From assembly GCF_964188315.1 (NCBI RefSeq), contig NC_135662.1:57226001-57290000 (forward strand): a stretch of DNA of 64,000 nucleotides, given 5' to 3'. Source of the DNA: Podarcis muralis. Taxonomy: Eukaryota. Both the position numbers and the translations under genes were made by a program. The notes under the pieces were generated by a model that saw only the letters and a list, made by a program, of their open reading frames with translations, searched no databases and had not been told where the DNA came from. This document shows, piece by piece, positions 48,527 to 60,050 of the stretch; the first letter of the stretch is position 1; the number at the start of each line of letters is the position of its first letter.

Positions 48527-50693
48527 TTTGATGGAGAACATTAATAATCAATGGCTGGTCAGCAAAAGGACATTAACCGCTAAGTAACAATGGAGAATGA
48601 AAATCAAAACTCATGCTACGTAGTTTTCATTTATGGCCTCCCATACTGTAACTATTTTCTGTAATCATATTCTTAAGTAAAAGAACTACTAATAAATGTT
48701 GCTCAAAGGCTTTCGAGCACAACAGCTGACTTTGATTCTTCCAGCCCTTTATTTGTACAAACAGATATTCGCTGCAGCCTACATTTTCAAATCAAATGGA
48801 AACTGGTTTGAGGGAAAGCACTAGGATTCCTCAAGTAGCTTTAGGATAGTGTTGAAAACGTCTCTATTACATGAGAGATTTAACGGGTGCCATTTACTCA
48901 CCCAATGGAGACTGGTATCTTTAGGATATAAGGTTTTAGTTACAGATATATAAAACTTGAGCATAGGATGGAGGGGCTCACACCCCAGCACATTTTGCTT
49001 CTCCATTAGGAAGAGTATCCACACCCAGTTGTCTCTGGCAACATGACAAACTTCCATCATGCAGAAGGAGGGTGCTTAAGAGGGCCAGCTAGGTCATCAG
49101 CTTAACAAAGAAACTGGTTTGAACAATCCAGCAGTTTCTTCTACAACATGCTCCATCTTATAGATACAAAACTACGGGCTTGGTGGAGACCCAAAGGTGT
49201 AATCCAAACCAACCTCCCAATCCTACAAAAATAGATATGAATTGTGACTGTCATGGGTACCCTATTCCAAACACCAACAGTGGGAGCGTCCTGGAGCCAT
49301 CGAAAATAGGGATGTGCATGCAGCCTCAGTCACTTTCAAAAGTAAAATAATACATAATATCCAGTGGAGTTGCAATACCAAATTCAACCGCAACTGATTA
49401 AGAGGCTGCTTGGTGTTCTGTTGGACATACCATGTACAGGTTCAGCTTCTGTACCCTTAAAAATGTGAACTGTCCCAAACAGCACTGTTATATCTTGTCC
49501 TACACGTGCCATTTGCATGAGGAAGATGACACTCCCCAATATGCTGCAGTAGCCATCTTGTTTTCCCTTGCATTTTTGGTTTCCCAAGAGAACTACTGAC
49601 CACTATTGGCTACCCCTGCTTTTGAATGTCTCACGTCAAGCAAAAGCGGAATCCATTCATGGCATAACTGAGAAGAGTGCAAAAAAGTGGTTGTTGGGTT
49701 TTTTTTACATACTAAAGCAAAGTGATTGGATTGTACCCAATGCTATATAAGAGGAGTTCAACTTGAGCAACACCACATTCCCTACCTCTCCCTTGCAGCC
49801 CCCTCATGTGTCTCCAGACTCTGCTCTGGGGGGTCCCTCAATGCTATGGAGCAGATTTTGAGTTAGGGGTGCTGCAGGGGAGAAGAGTGGGAAGTTTGTG
49901 GAAGTCTGCTGTGCAAGTGGAACGGCGGTGCTGGATGCAACCTGTTGTTTGCATTTGAAAACATTTCTTTATATTATTAAGACAATGTTGAGGTTATAAT
50001 CAAATAAAGAAGTGCATTGTGGTTGAGTCAGATTTAGCAAACAATGTATTTGGAGTGGGTTTTTTTAAAAAGCAACAATATGCCAAAGTTCTCTCTGTTG
50101 ATTTACTAGTAGAGAATTATGCATATCTTTAATGCTCATGGATTGAACTTTGTTGGATAATTAAATATGTTTAAATTAGTCTGGATTATACCCATACTTG
50201 GCAAGCAAAATGGCTTACAAAGTAACTTGATAAATTCCAGTGTTCAAAGTTCAGCAGTGCTGAGATTTGCATGCTATTATTTCAAGACATCCTTTCGATG
50301 AGCACAGCTTCACAACCGGTATTGTGTTAATTTTTGAAGTTTTCTTTTCTCTTGAAATAATTGCTTCGCAGATAGTCAACCACACAGAGCTTTTCTCGCA
50401 ATCAAGTGGTATAGACATTTTGTTAAATAAATAAACAGGAATGAGTTTCTGAGTGCTATTGTACAAGTCTTGACAGTTTAAGGATCAGGCTTTGTGAAGT
50501 TTGATTTTAAGAGATTCAGAAGAGACAGGTTTACATCTTTCTGACCATGTTGGTCTTCCACCAATTCTTTGTATATTGTATGTCTTGCATATTGTATCAC
50601 AATGAAGGAAAATAATCCAGTATTTTGTGGCGTGGTTTGATTGTTTCTCTATGTTTTTCAGAAAACTCATTGTCTCCCATCCTTTCGAAGATC

Positions 50694-53600
50694 ATGCAAG
50701 ATCCCAAGTTGCCTCTCTTACTGATCAATGAAGTAGGTGGCACCTTGGGAGTCTTAGAAGCTCACGTGTCGTTTCTGAAGAAACACTTTCAACTTATCAC
50801 CATGAAGGAATTCCTCGAAAGCAAAGAACACTATCGTGCTCAAGTCCAAGCTATTTACTCGTGGTGGCATAAGCCAGTCATCGACAGGGAGCTGTTGAAC
50901 AGTCTGCCTAACTTAAAAGTGATTTCAAGTGCAGGAGTGGGTACCGATCACCTGGATTTGAAGCTGATCTCTGGGTTTGGAGTGAGAATCGCCAACACTC
51001 CTCATGCTGTCCACAGCACTACAGCAGACATTGGCATGGCCTTGCTGCTGGCAGCTGCCCGAAGACTCGTAGAAGGTAACACTGACAATACTGTGCACAT
51101 TTCTTTACAGTTACCCTTGTCTCATTTTCCTGAGCAGTGAGAGGTTCCAGGGCGGAGTACTTATCCAGATTTGATTCCCTTTGGAAGGAGGTAAATTGAG
51201 GCTGGTGTCAGGGATGAGGAGTCAGATTATTATTCAGGTGATGGAGCGGAGGACTCCAAAACAGAGGACATGTATGGCCAGACCCAGAAGTGCTGCTACC
51301 CAGTGAGCTCATGGAGTCAACATAAGCCTGGCCAGAAGAAGTGGCCCTGTCATCCTCTGACTTGGAAGACTCCATGGAAAGTGACGTGCAACCAGAGTCT
51401 GCCACGTTCTGTTGCAGGAAGAGATTAATGCTGAGACCTAGGCCCCTTTAAGCAAAGCAGCACCTTCCAGTATGGGTGAGGCTCACAATGGGGAGGTATC
51501 AACGCCGCTGATATACAGGAGAGAAGCTCGCTTTGTTCTTTGCTGAAACAACATACAGTAGGAGCTTTCTGTTCATAGAGCCTCTGCCTTCAACCTGAAC
51601 CCTTTTCTACCTAATATTGCATCAGGTTGCCCTGTATCCTACCTGAACCTCACCCTGCAGTTTGCAGACATTTTTGTAATGCTGAGTTGGTCTGTTAACA
51701 GGCCTAGTGCCTGAAGCCAGCTCCCGGTAGAGCAATTGCTTGCATATTTATACCCTGTTTGTGAATATGAATTTTTGTATGCAATATGACTTTTGTTGCG
51801 ATCTAAACAAATAATTTAACACTGATGTATAATGAAAAATCACCTATTTACAGCCTCAGCTGAATAACTCAGATTTCTTACAAAAATCACTCCCCCCCCT
51901 AGAATTCTGTTTTTAATGAACACCTCTTCTCCACCCGCCACCCCTTATTTTGTCATTTTGCAGGTTGCCAGATTGCTGTTTCCCCTGACACAGGCTATTT
52001 CTCTAATAACTGGTTAGGAGAGGAAGTCACTGGGGCAACTCTGGGTATCATTGGAATGGGAAGCATTGGGTATAAAATTGCTCAGAGAGCCAGAGCTTTT
52101 GAGATGAAAATTCTTTATCATAACAGGAACAGAAGGTAAAAATACACAGTTTGATACCATACCAAATAGAGTGTATCTTCACCTCTAAAGCTGTTTTATC
52201 CGCCAAATCTTTGTGCATGGGTATAGAGAAAGATCAGCTGGTCTTCAGAAGTGAACAAACACAGCTGTACTTTTCAACTCATATTTCTGCTTAATGTGAT
52301 GAAGAGAGGCTAGCCTATCATGTTGAGAAAAGGTGATCCATCCGGTGAGAAAAAGATAAGGATAAATAAGGGCCATTTCACACAAACAAATTTCAATTCT
52401 TAGTAAATGAGGAAACTGGCGAAGTAGCTTGTTCCAGCATTCACCCAAATCCTATGAGAATATGTGAAGTCTTCCTGCCAGTCTTCCAATCCTCCCACTT
52501 TTTTCTACAAGAGAGCCATGATTTAAGGTTGATATTCATCCTGAGTGATGTCTGAATTTGGCTTTTGCTGTGTTCCGTTTCATCCTCACTCTGGTTTTCT
52601 AAGCTGTTGCTTTGCTAGGGAGGAAACTAGATATTACAAAAACCACAAGGACTGCTGAAAAGAGCCATGAGCAAAGCTCTCTTCTTCCCTTCAGTAACAC
52701 ATTGTGGAACTTACCTAATGTACTTCAAATCAGGATATTAAAAGAACTTAACCTCATCATGATGGAGGGAGGGAGAACCTCTACTACATGTGGTTGCCAT
52801 TTTTGGTGTGTGTTTTAATAATGTCAGAGTTTGCTAGGAAAAAGTACACAGCTCAGCTCATTTTTATGCTAATTTAGATGGTTTTATTAAATCTCAGTGG
52901 CTTGATTGCAATATTTAAGTTTTTCAGCTTTGAAAAAAAGTATTTAAACCTTCTTAATTTCCTTGCTAGAAAGATAAATATCAATATAATATACAGGGGA
53001 GATTGGAACATTAATCTGATCTACTGTGTAGCCTTGAACTTAGTGGTACAGTGCACCCCTTGTTGTACAAGGGATCTGCACATTTGTGAATGCTAACCCC
53101 CCCCCCCCCCAAGAACTACCACTTGTTAAACAGATCATCCTTGTTGTTTTTTTCTGTCAGGAAAGAAGATGAAGAACAGGCTGTGGGTGCCTGCTATTGT
53201 GGGGCAATAGAAGACTTGCTCCAGCAGTCAGATTTTGTGATGCTGGTTGTAAATCTGACACCTCGGACGTACAAACTGATTGGGAAAAAAGAGTTGCAGC
53301 TGATGAAACCCACAGCTAGTCTTATAAATATCTCTAGAGGTAGGTCATAAAGAGCTGCTTGAAGAAAAATATTGAGTGTTAGGACTTCAAAGCACAGCAC
53401 TGTCTGAAAGTCGCTTTGCAAAAAGGCTTTCAAACAGCCCAGTATTCCCCTTTTGAGCAGTTGCTTTTTGAAGAAGCCCTGCATTCTTTATCACAACATG
53501 TGAATCTGTGCTCAGCTTAACATTGTAGTTTGTTTTGAGAGAAACAAACTACAAGTGTTGGCTCACAACTTGTGTTATACCAAGGCTCGTGGTCTGTTGC

Positions 53601-55782
53601 TCCCAGCTTGATGAATGGAGGTGTGTAATGAGATCAGTTCAGCAGCATGTACTTATGTTCTCCTTAACTCGGAAGGTGGTGGTCTCTCCTTCATTGGAGC
53701 TTTTTTAGCAGAGGCTGGATGGCCGTCTGTCATGGATGCTTTAGTTGAGATTCCTGCATTGCAGGGAATTAGACTAGAGGACCCTGTGGATGCCTTCCAA
53801 CTTTATGATTTGATGAAACCATGCAATGCACTGTTACCCAGCGGTTATCATAAGAACATGATTTCCACACAGGGCAAGTTGTAGACCAAGATATGCTTGT
53901 GGAAGCTCTTCAGACTGGTGTTATTAAAAGTGCCGCTATGGATGTCACTTATCCTGAACCACTGCCCAGGTAAACAACTATGTATTTATCTATTTTAAAA
54001 AATGAATGACTATAAGCGCATTGTAAAGACTGCAGGGAAGCATAGGAGTAACCAGTGCTAAAGTTCAGACTGACATCTCTGCCTTCTTCCACTGTATACT
54101 CTGGGAAGTAGTAGGAGAACCTATATAATACACATCATGCTTCCTTCCCAAATTGAAGCCATGAGGCAATGGAAGGACAGTGTGAGCAGGTGTTAAGTAA
54201 ATGTTTGAGTTAGTGCTGAAAGCTTTCATCTGCAGCTGGGATTCCTAACTGCATCTTAAAACATCCCTTGCCGCCCACCAAGGCCCCTGTCCCTCCCAAT
54301 TTGTTTAAAAAGTGTCTTTGGCTTTTTTGTTACGGTTCGTTTGGGAGGATTGCTTGATTTTTGTGTGTGAAGGGGAGTATGGTCTGCTTTTAATCTTTGT
54401 TTTATTTGGGGATTGGGGTGGAGCTTATTTTCAGATGTGCAGTTCTGAGCATGGCCAGTTTTTTTGCCTATAAAATGGGAATTTTATGCTGTTCCCGAGA
54501 GTTTGTAGATTTCCGTATGATCCTCCAGACCAAAAATAGTTGGGGACCCTGCAGTTCAAAAGGCAGTCCTATAATTGTAGTGATTATCCCTGCATCACAG
54601 TTATACAAGCATTATGCCAGTGCATTATAGTTGAGATCCCATGCACCTTTTATCACACAGATAAGACAGGAAAGGAGGAGCGTTATTCCATTCATAACAA
54701 ACAGCCAACCCTATTTCTCAGTGCAACATACATTGCTCACCTACACCCTCTTCCTCCCAAAGACATGGGCTTATGGTCAGTTGTCTGACCGCATAGATAG
54801 CTGACAGAGTACTCCACACATGAATGTATGGCATCTGTGTGATTGGAGCAAACATTTTGCGAAAGAGTGGGCCATATAGTCCAAGAAGAGGAGGCACTTC
54901 AGCCATGAGTTCATAATGTACAAGGAGCTATCCAGAAGTTTAGTGAGAATGAGCAACGCAATGGGAGACAGAGGGTGGGGTTTTGAGTTGTCTGGGGCTC
55001 CCCATTGACTCCAGTGTGAGTGTTTTCTTTTTGCATTACCTGTTCTGCAGTTATAATGGTGTGCTGGTGCCATGGACGCTACCAGCACCTGAGGTTCTCT
55101 CTCCTCCTACTTAATGCCCGAACTTCCTCAGTTCATGTTGGTGAATCAGTTAAACATGCATTAAGCAGCACCAACACAACAGTGATCCAACACCAATGTA
55201 ATCTACAACACTTGCATGTTTTTAGGCTTCTAACATTCAGGTGGGCTCAGGGGTGACCCAGTCTCTAACTGCGAGTGTAAGTCGTGGGTAGGATTGCTCT
55301 GTTAATCTTCTACTTTAGAAATATAAGTTACATAGATCTATAGTGATTTCTTTATACATAACTACACATTAACTATTATACTCTACTAAAGCACCTGTAT
55401 AATCAGAGGGAGTAAATATTAACCACAGGGGCTGAAACTGAAGGGTACACTTGCCTATTTTCAAGTCATTTGACTTTGGTACATTGCTAGAATATGGATG
55501 CTTGCCAAGTCAGATAACTAAAATCCTTCAAATGGTGGATAGCTCTAAGTACTTTTCCTTCATTTGCTTGAATGAATGCCACTTCCTATATTCATAACCT
55601 GTCTTTTTTATCTTCTTCTTTTCAGAGATCATCCGTTACTAAAATTAAAAAATGTTATCATAACACCACATGTTGGTATTAAAACACACAAAACTACTTT
55701 TATGATAACAGAGGAAGCAGTAAGCAATGTATTGGCAGCTCTTAATGGTCTCCCAATGCCCAGTGAAGTGTTTCCTGACTAA
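50694..55782 (+). CDS. D-isomer-specific 2-hydroxyacid dehydrogenase (GRHPR-like), copy B, 328 aa
   Basis: Coding exons 50694-51075, 51964-52135, 53161-53339, 53873-53969, 55626-55782 (same lengths as copy A), GT-AG, in frame. Motifs [28 protein letters not shown]; AATAAA at ~56103/56113. Confidence 0.93.
51206..51820 (+). mobile_element. Possible degenerate gypsy solo LTR / 3' remnant in copy B intron
   Basis: Starts TGTCAGGG like the intact element's LTR and is preceded by a purine-rich tract. GC-richer than the flanks, with acidic-coding 5' half. Right end and TSD not established. Confidence 0.4.
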
Positions 55783-57406
55783 ACTTGTGGGCTGTCATCT
55801 AACATAGCAACATGGAACTATTCTACATTTTCCTCTAGTGCAAGAAACATATTGACAGATGTATAAATTCAACCTGAATCTCATGCCTCATGCAGCAGTG
55901 TTTGTTCTGGACTGAAGACACAAAACAAGCCAATAGATTTTATATTTTGTTAACTCCTCATCATAGTTATAGCAGATAATGTCCTTTGTTACCATTCCAC
56001 ACAATTAAATTTCAAACAGTGCTTGCTCGTTAATATGAAAAACTGTTGTGAAAATTTCTATGCTTGCATTTTAAATATTATATACAATATTTATAACAAA
56101 GAAATAAAAATAATAAATGTGCTTTGAAATTTGCAAGTGAGTTAGTTACTTCTTTCACAATAATTTGTAGCCAAACCTAGCTTTGCTACCTGGTAATCAA
56201 TTAAAAAATTGGAAACTCTGCCTGATTGCCATTTCAAAGTAAACTACTTCTAAAAGGTTTAAAATAAAGTGCCACTACCACGGCTTTAAAAGTTATAAAT
56301 TGGATAATTTAATATCTTGATGACAGTTCTTCCAGCCCTTTTATTTTGTCAAATCGCCCCTCAAAAACTAAGTTTTCTGTGAGGGCTTTGGCACAACTCG
56401 CTTGTTCCATGCTACCCTAACTAAGCCTCCTACACTGTAATTGGAAATGTTCACACTTCATTTCTCTACCCTAGCCAGTGGGAGCAGCAAACCATGCAAA
56501 ACAGGGAATATTTGAAAGACTGAACATGTGACCTCTGTTGAGAATAGGTTCATCAATGGCTGCTAGTTACGATGGCTATAGACAGCCTTCAGTCCCTGCA
56601 TGTAAAGCACATTTCAGGTAACATTTTTTTAATGCTAAGAACCTCAAAGAAAATAATAAAGTTGAAACATAGATTTTTCTTTTCATTTGTTGGGGGGCAG
56701 GGAAGAGTAGGTGTTTTGGTGACCAACATCAACATGCTCAAGCAACCTAAGTTTTATTGCCTTAAACTCATGTGATCTTGTTCCTAACATAAAATTTATT
56801 GCCAGTTCACCAATGAGAAACTAAAAGAATCAATACAATAAAGGCTAATCAACCTATTGTCTATTTTATTGTATGAGTCTTATCCAAGAAACCATGAACT
56901 TTAGAGAGAGAGAAACAGAGATATTCTGAGTTGCGTTGCATGTCATGCTTCTGGTTGTTTTACTCACATGTGAAATAGCATTTTGAAAAACTGTTGGCAG
57001 AACCTGAAACTCTGGGAAATTATCTTTAAAATTATATATGAAAATTAAAAAATGGGTTTGTAGGTTGACATTTTCATGGAATTGCGGTTGGGGTGCATCA
57101 ACAGAAGACCAACACATTCATGCTCTGCTGTTTGTTTCCCATAGGCATTGAGCAGGGCTCTGCTCGTGTTACTCCATAATTTGTTACACTATGGTTAGTC
57201 CCATGTTCATTTTTTCAGTGGAGGACAAATGAGTAAGTCTTCAAATGACCCAGTTGTGGTTTCAGAACTGTAGGAAGAATTGTTTGGTGTTGCTCTATGT
57301 TCCTCCTGAACTTTTTTCACATGCCCATCTTCAAACACACAATTTCAAAACTGGAAGGAGCTGTTTGATATTTGCACACCCCGTTTAGTCTTTGCACACC
57401 CACAGA

Positions 57407-57726
57407 TAGGGCTGGATTTAGGTTTGATGAGGCCCTAAGCTACTGAAGGTAATGGGGCCCTTTGTATGTCCAGCTGTCCTTTGTCAACAACAAATTGTCG
57501 CTGTTTTAGTGTGTTGAATATATGCTATATGGTAATTTATGGACCTAATAGGCATCTAAAGCCATTTGCACATAACAAAATATGTATTTTATCAAAGTAA
57601 TTGTTGAACCGAAAGACAACAAGAAGTATATTAAGAGTGAAATACAATTAAAAAGAAGTATGGGGGGGGCAAGAGAGTGGGGCCCTAAGCTACAGCTTGT
57701 TTAGCTTATACATAAATCCAGCACTG
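57407..57726. mobile_element. hAT (Tip100-like) MITE
   Basis: TIRs TAGGGCTGGATTTA / TAAATCCAGCACTG; 8-bp TSD cccacaga/ctcacaga. Confidence 0.75.
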
Positions 57727-58496
57727 CTCACAGATAATATTTCATTAAGGCCGGGGCTCCCAAAATACAAACAATTCATTCAACGGGAACAGGTGGCAAG
57801 TTCTGTTTATGTGTGGAGGCAGGTACTGAACTTGGGAGAGCAGGTGCAGGCTAGTAGCTGGACTATGAGTGGAGAAGCCTGTATTTAAGATTTCCAATAC
57901 CTATCAAGCTCATTGGGTAGCCTCAGCCCAACCTACATCAAAGGGTTGACGTGAGTATAAAATGGAAGGGGAGAACTGCCGTTTACCATCCTGAGCATCT
58001 TGAGAAGTAAATGTAAATAAATGACAGCGTATCCAGATAATGCCAAATTGTAAAATACTTGTTATTCTGATCTCTTTTTCTTAAACTGATAAACTTATTT
58101 CCCTTCCATTGCTGCTGGCTGCCAATATTTCCTCCTTTGGGTGAAATAACCGACAGCAAGAGGGCTGTCATTACCTCTAGTTACTCTTTTATCTGTACAG
58201 CAGATTTCGTCCTGCAGGTCCTCCTAGCTCAGTGTGAGCTGAAAGAGGCTCCACTGCAGCTTCGCGGTTTCCCAGCCCAGGGAACAAAGTCCTTCCTTGC
58301 CGACTCCTTAGCTGGGGACTCACAACACTCCGGGGTTTATTCCCGGGTGATTTCCACGTCCCTCAGCTCTGCTCCGAATCAGCAGGTACCAATTCAAGAG
58401 CAACTTTTCTGAAGGAGCTGAAAGACGTTTCTTTCCACAAGGTAATTTGTATTTCTTTTGGAGGCAAGCGAAGGCGCCATAGTACTTGATAGCATC

Positions 58497-58676
58497 CAGT
58501 GGCGTAGCGTGGGTTGTCAGCACCCGGGGCAAGGCAAGTAATTTGCGCCCCCTAACCTGTGGATTTGCGCCCCCTAACCCGTGGATTTGCGCCCCCTAAC
58601 CTGTGGATTTGCCCTAACCCCAGATGTTGCGCCCGGTGCGGCCAGCCCCCCCTGCACCCCCCACGCTACGCCACTG
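58497..58676. mobile_element. 180-bp hAT MITE with internal 22-bp tandem repeat
   Basis: 17-bp perfect TIR CAGTGGCGTAGCGTGGG / CCCACGCTACGCCACTG; perfect 8-bp TSD ATAGCATC (58489-58496, 58677-58684); three copies of ATTTGCGCCCCCTAACCYGTGG plus a partial. Confidence 0.9.
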
Positions 58677-58679
58677 ATA

Positions 58680-58683
<4 letters not shown>

Positions 58684-58720
<37 letters not shown>
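58684..58720. repeat. (TC)n microsatellite
   Basis: Uninterrupted TC run. Confidence 0.95.
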
Positions 58721-58722
<2 letters not shown>

Positions 58723-58744
58723 TAAGGTTGCTAATCTTTATTGA

Positions 58745-58813
58745 AGACAGGAGTGTCTGGCGTGCTCTGGTCCATGGGATCAAGAAGAGTCGGACACGAC
58801 TAAACAACAACAA
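58745..58813 (+). mobile_element. RTE/BovB LINE 3' terminal fragment
   Basis: GACAGG...TGGCGTGCT..GGTCCATGGG.TC..AAGAGTCGGACACGACT followed by (CAA)n tail matches the recalled BovB 3' end. Confidence 0.75.
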
Positions 58814-58929
58814 ATCTTTATTATCCTTTTACTGACGCCTTTTCTCCCTTTTGCATCTTCTAAGGGGCTGCTTGTCTGTGTAGGAATTTCCTAAAGGCAA
58901 ACATTCTCACAAAACTAGCAAGCATACCA

Positions 58930-59450
58930 GCCCCTGCCCTAAGCGGAAGTTCCTAAATTCCATGGGGTTCATGGCTCTCCAGAAATGTCCCATCGCTAAT
59001 TGTCATTTGCTTGGGTGGGTGTTTAATTCCAGCCAATAAGAGGGGTAGATGCAAATTAATAGAGAGGGGCGGGGTCCTTATCTGAGCTTTTTCCGGGGAG
59101 CGGGCACGGATCACATTGTCTCTGCAGCTCAAGCTTTGTGACAGTAGGCAATTCCATTCTCACCGGGGGAGGGAAGGAGTTGTAATAGTCAGATTTTGTT
59201 TTAAATTGGGGCGCACTTTTTCGGAAAAAATACACTTGGGCGAAGTGAATCCTTTTGTTCCTTCGTTTGCATTTGTTATCCCTGAATAGCAACTGGAGGC
59301 GTCATTTCACGAGGTGATAGTGACTCACGTCTTGTAACACTTGTTTATGAAGTTGGTTTTGTATTTAGTTCGTTGAATTTCTTCTTAAAATCCAGATATG
59401 TATTAAATTAGGGGAAAGAGTTTTGTGCACTGCAGTGCCGGAGGAGGAGA
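58930..59450 (+). promoter_or_regulatory. Candidate promoter of dehydrogenase copy C
   Basis: Local CpG enrichment 0.6-1.1 kb upstream of the ATG exon; ETS GCGGAAGT, octamer ATGCAAAT at 59049-59056, GC box at 59066-59074, AP-1 TGACTCA at 59321-59327. Confidence 0.4.
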
Positions 59451-59689
59451 AATACAGCATTCAGAAGCATGGTGTGCAATAATATTTACAGCAGGGTCCA
59501 AATGTTCATCTTTTGATATGGTCAGGATTAGATTACAAAACGTCTAGTATGTTTCATGCTGGTGTTTAGTTTTTCTCCTTTATGTAAGTCACTAATCTGT
59601 TTCTCAACAGAATTTATACTAAGAACACTCCATTCTTGCTAATGCATCAGTAGTGGTATAGATTACCTGGACTCCCTTGGGAGGAAGGG

Positions 59690-59734
<45 letters not shown>
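59690..59734. repeat. (AAT)n microsatellite
   Basis: Tandem AAT units. Confidence 0.95.
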
Positions 59735-59735
<1 letters not shown>

Positions 59736-60050
59736 GCGAAAGCCTTGAACCTTGATGGGCACTTCCACCTTGATCTTATTCGTGTTTACTCAGAATTAAG
59801 CCCTGCTAAATTCAGTTGGGTTTACTCCCAAATTAAATCTGCATAGATTACACAATTTTGGACTGAACACTCCGGAATGCTAATTAGCAGTCTTGGATAT
59901 CCCCGCCCTTATTGTATAAAGGAACTACCCTGTTAATCACAATGAACTAGATAAAAACAATAATCTGAAGAGAAACACTGCTGTCTTCACATTAGTTTTA
60001 AAAAATGAGTTTTGATATATAAATTCTTTTTTCTATACTGTATACAGACC

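Noticed and set aside
48700-50661. First exon/promoter of copy B
   Set aside because: An acceptor at 50661 implies an upstream exon, but no donor or promoter could be picked out with confidence.
58544-58622. Short direct repeats resembling a CRISPR array
   Set aside because: Head-to-tail units with no unique spacers, inside a eukaryotic MITE.
59040-59080. Octamer + GC box suggesting an snRNA-type distal sequence element
   Set aside because: No PSE or snRNA-like sequence found downstream; more simply part of the copy C promoter.
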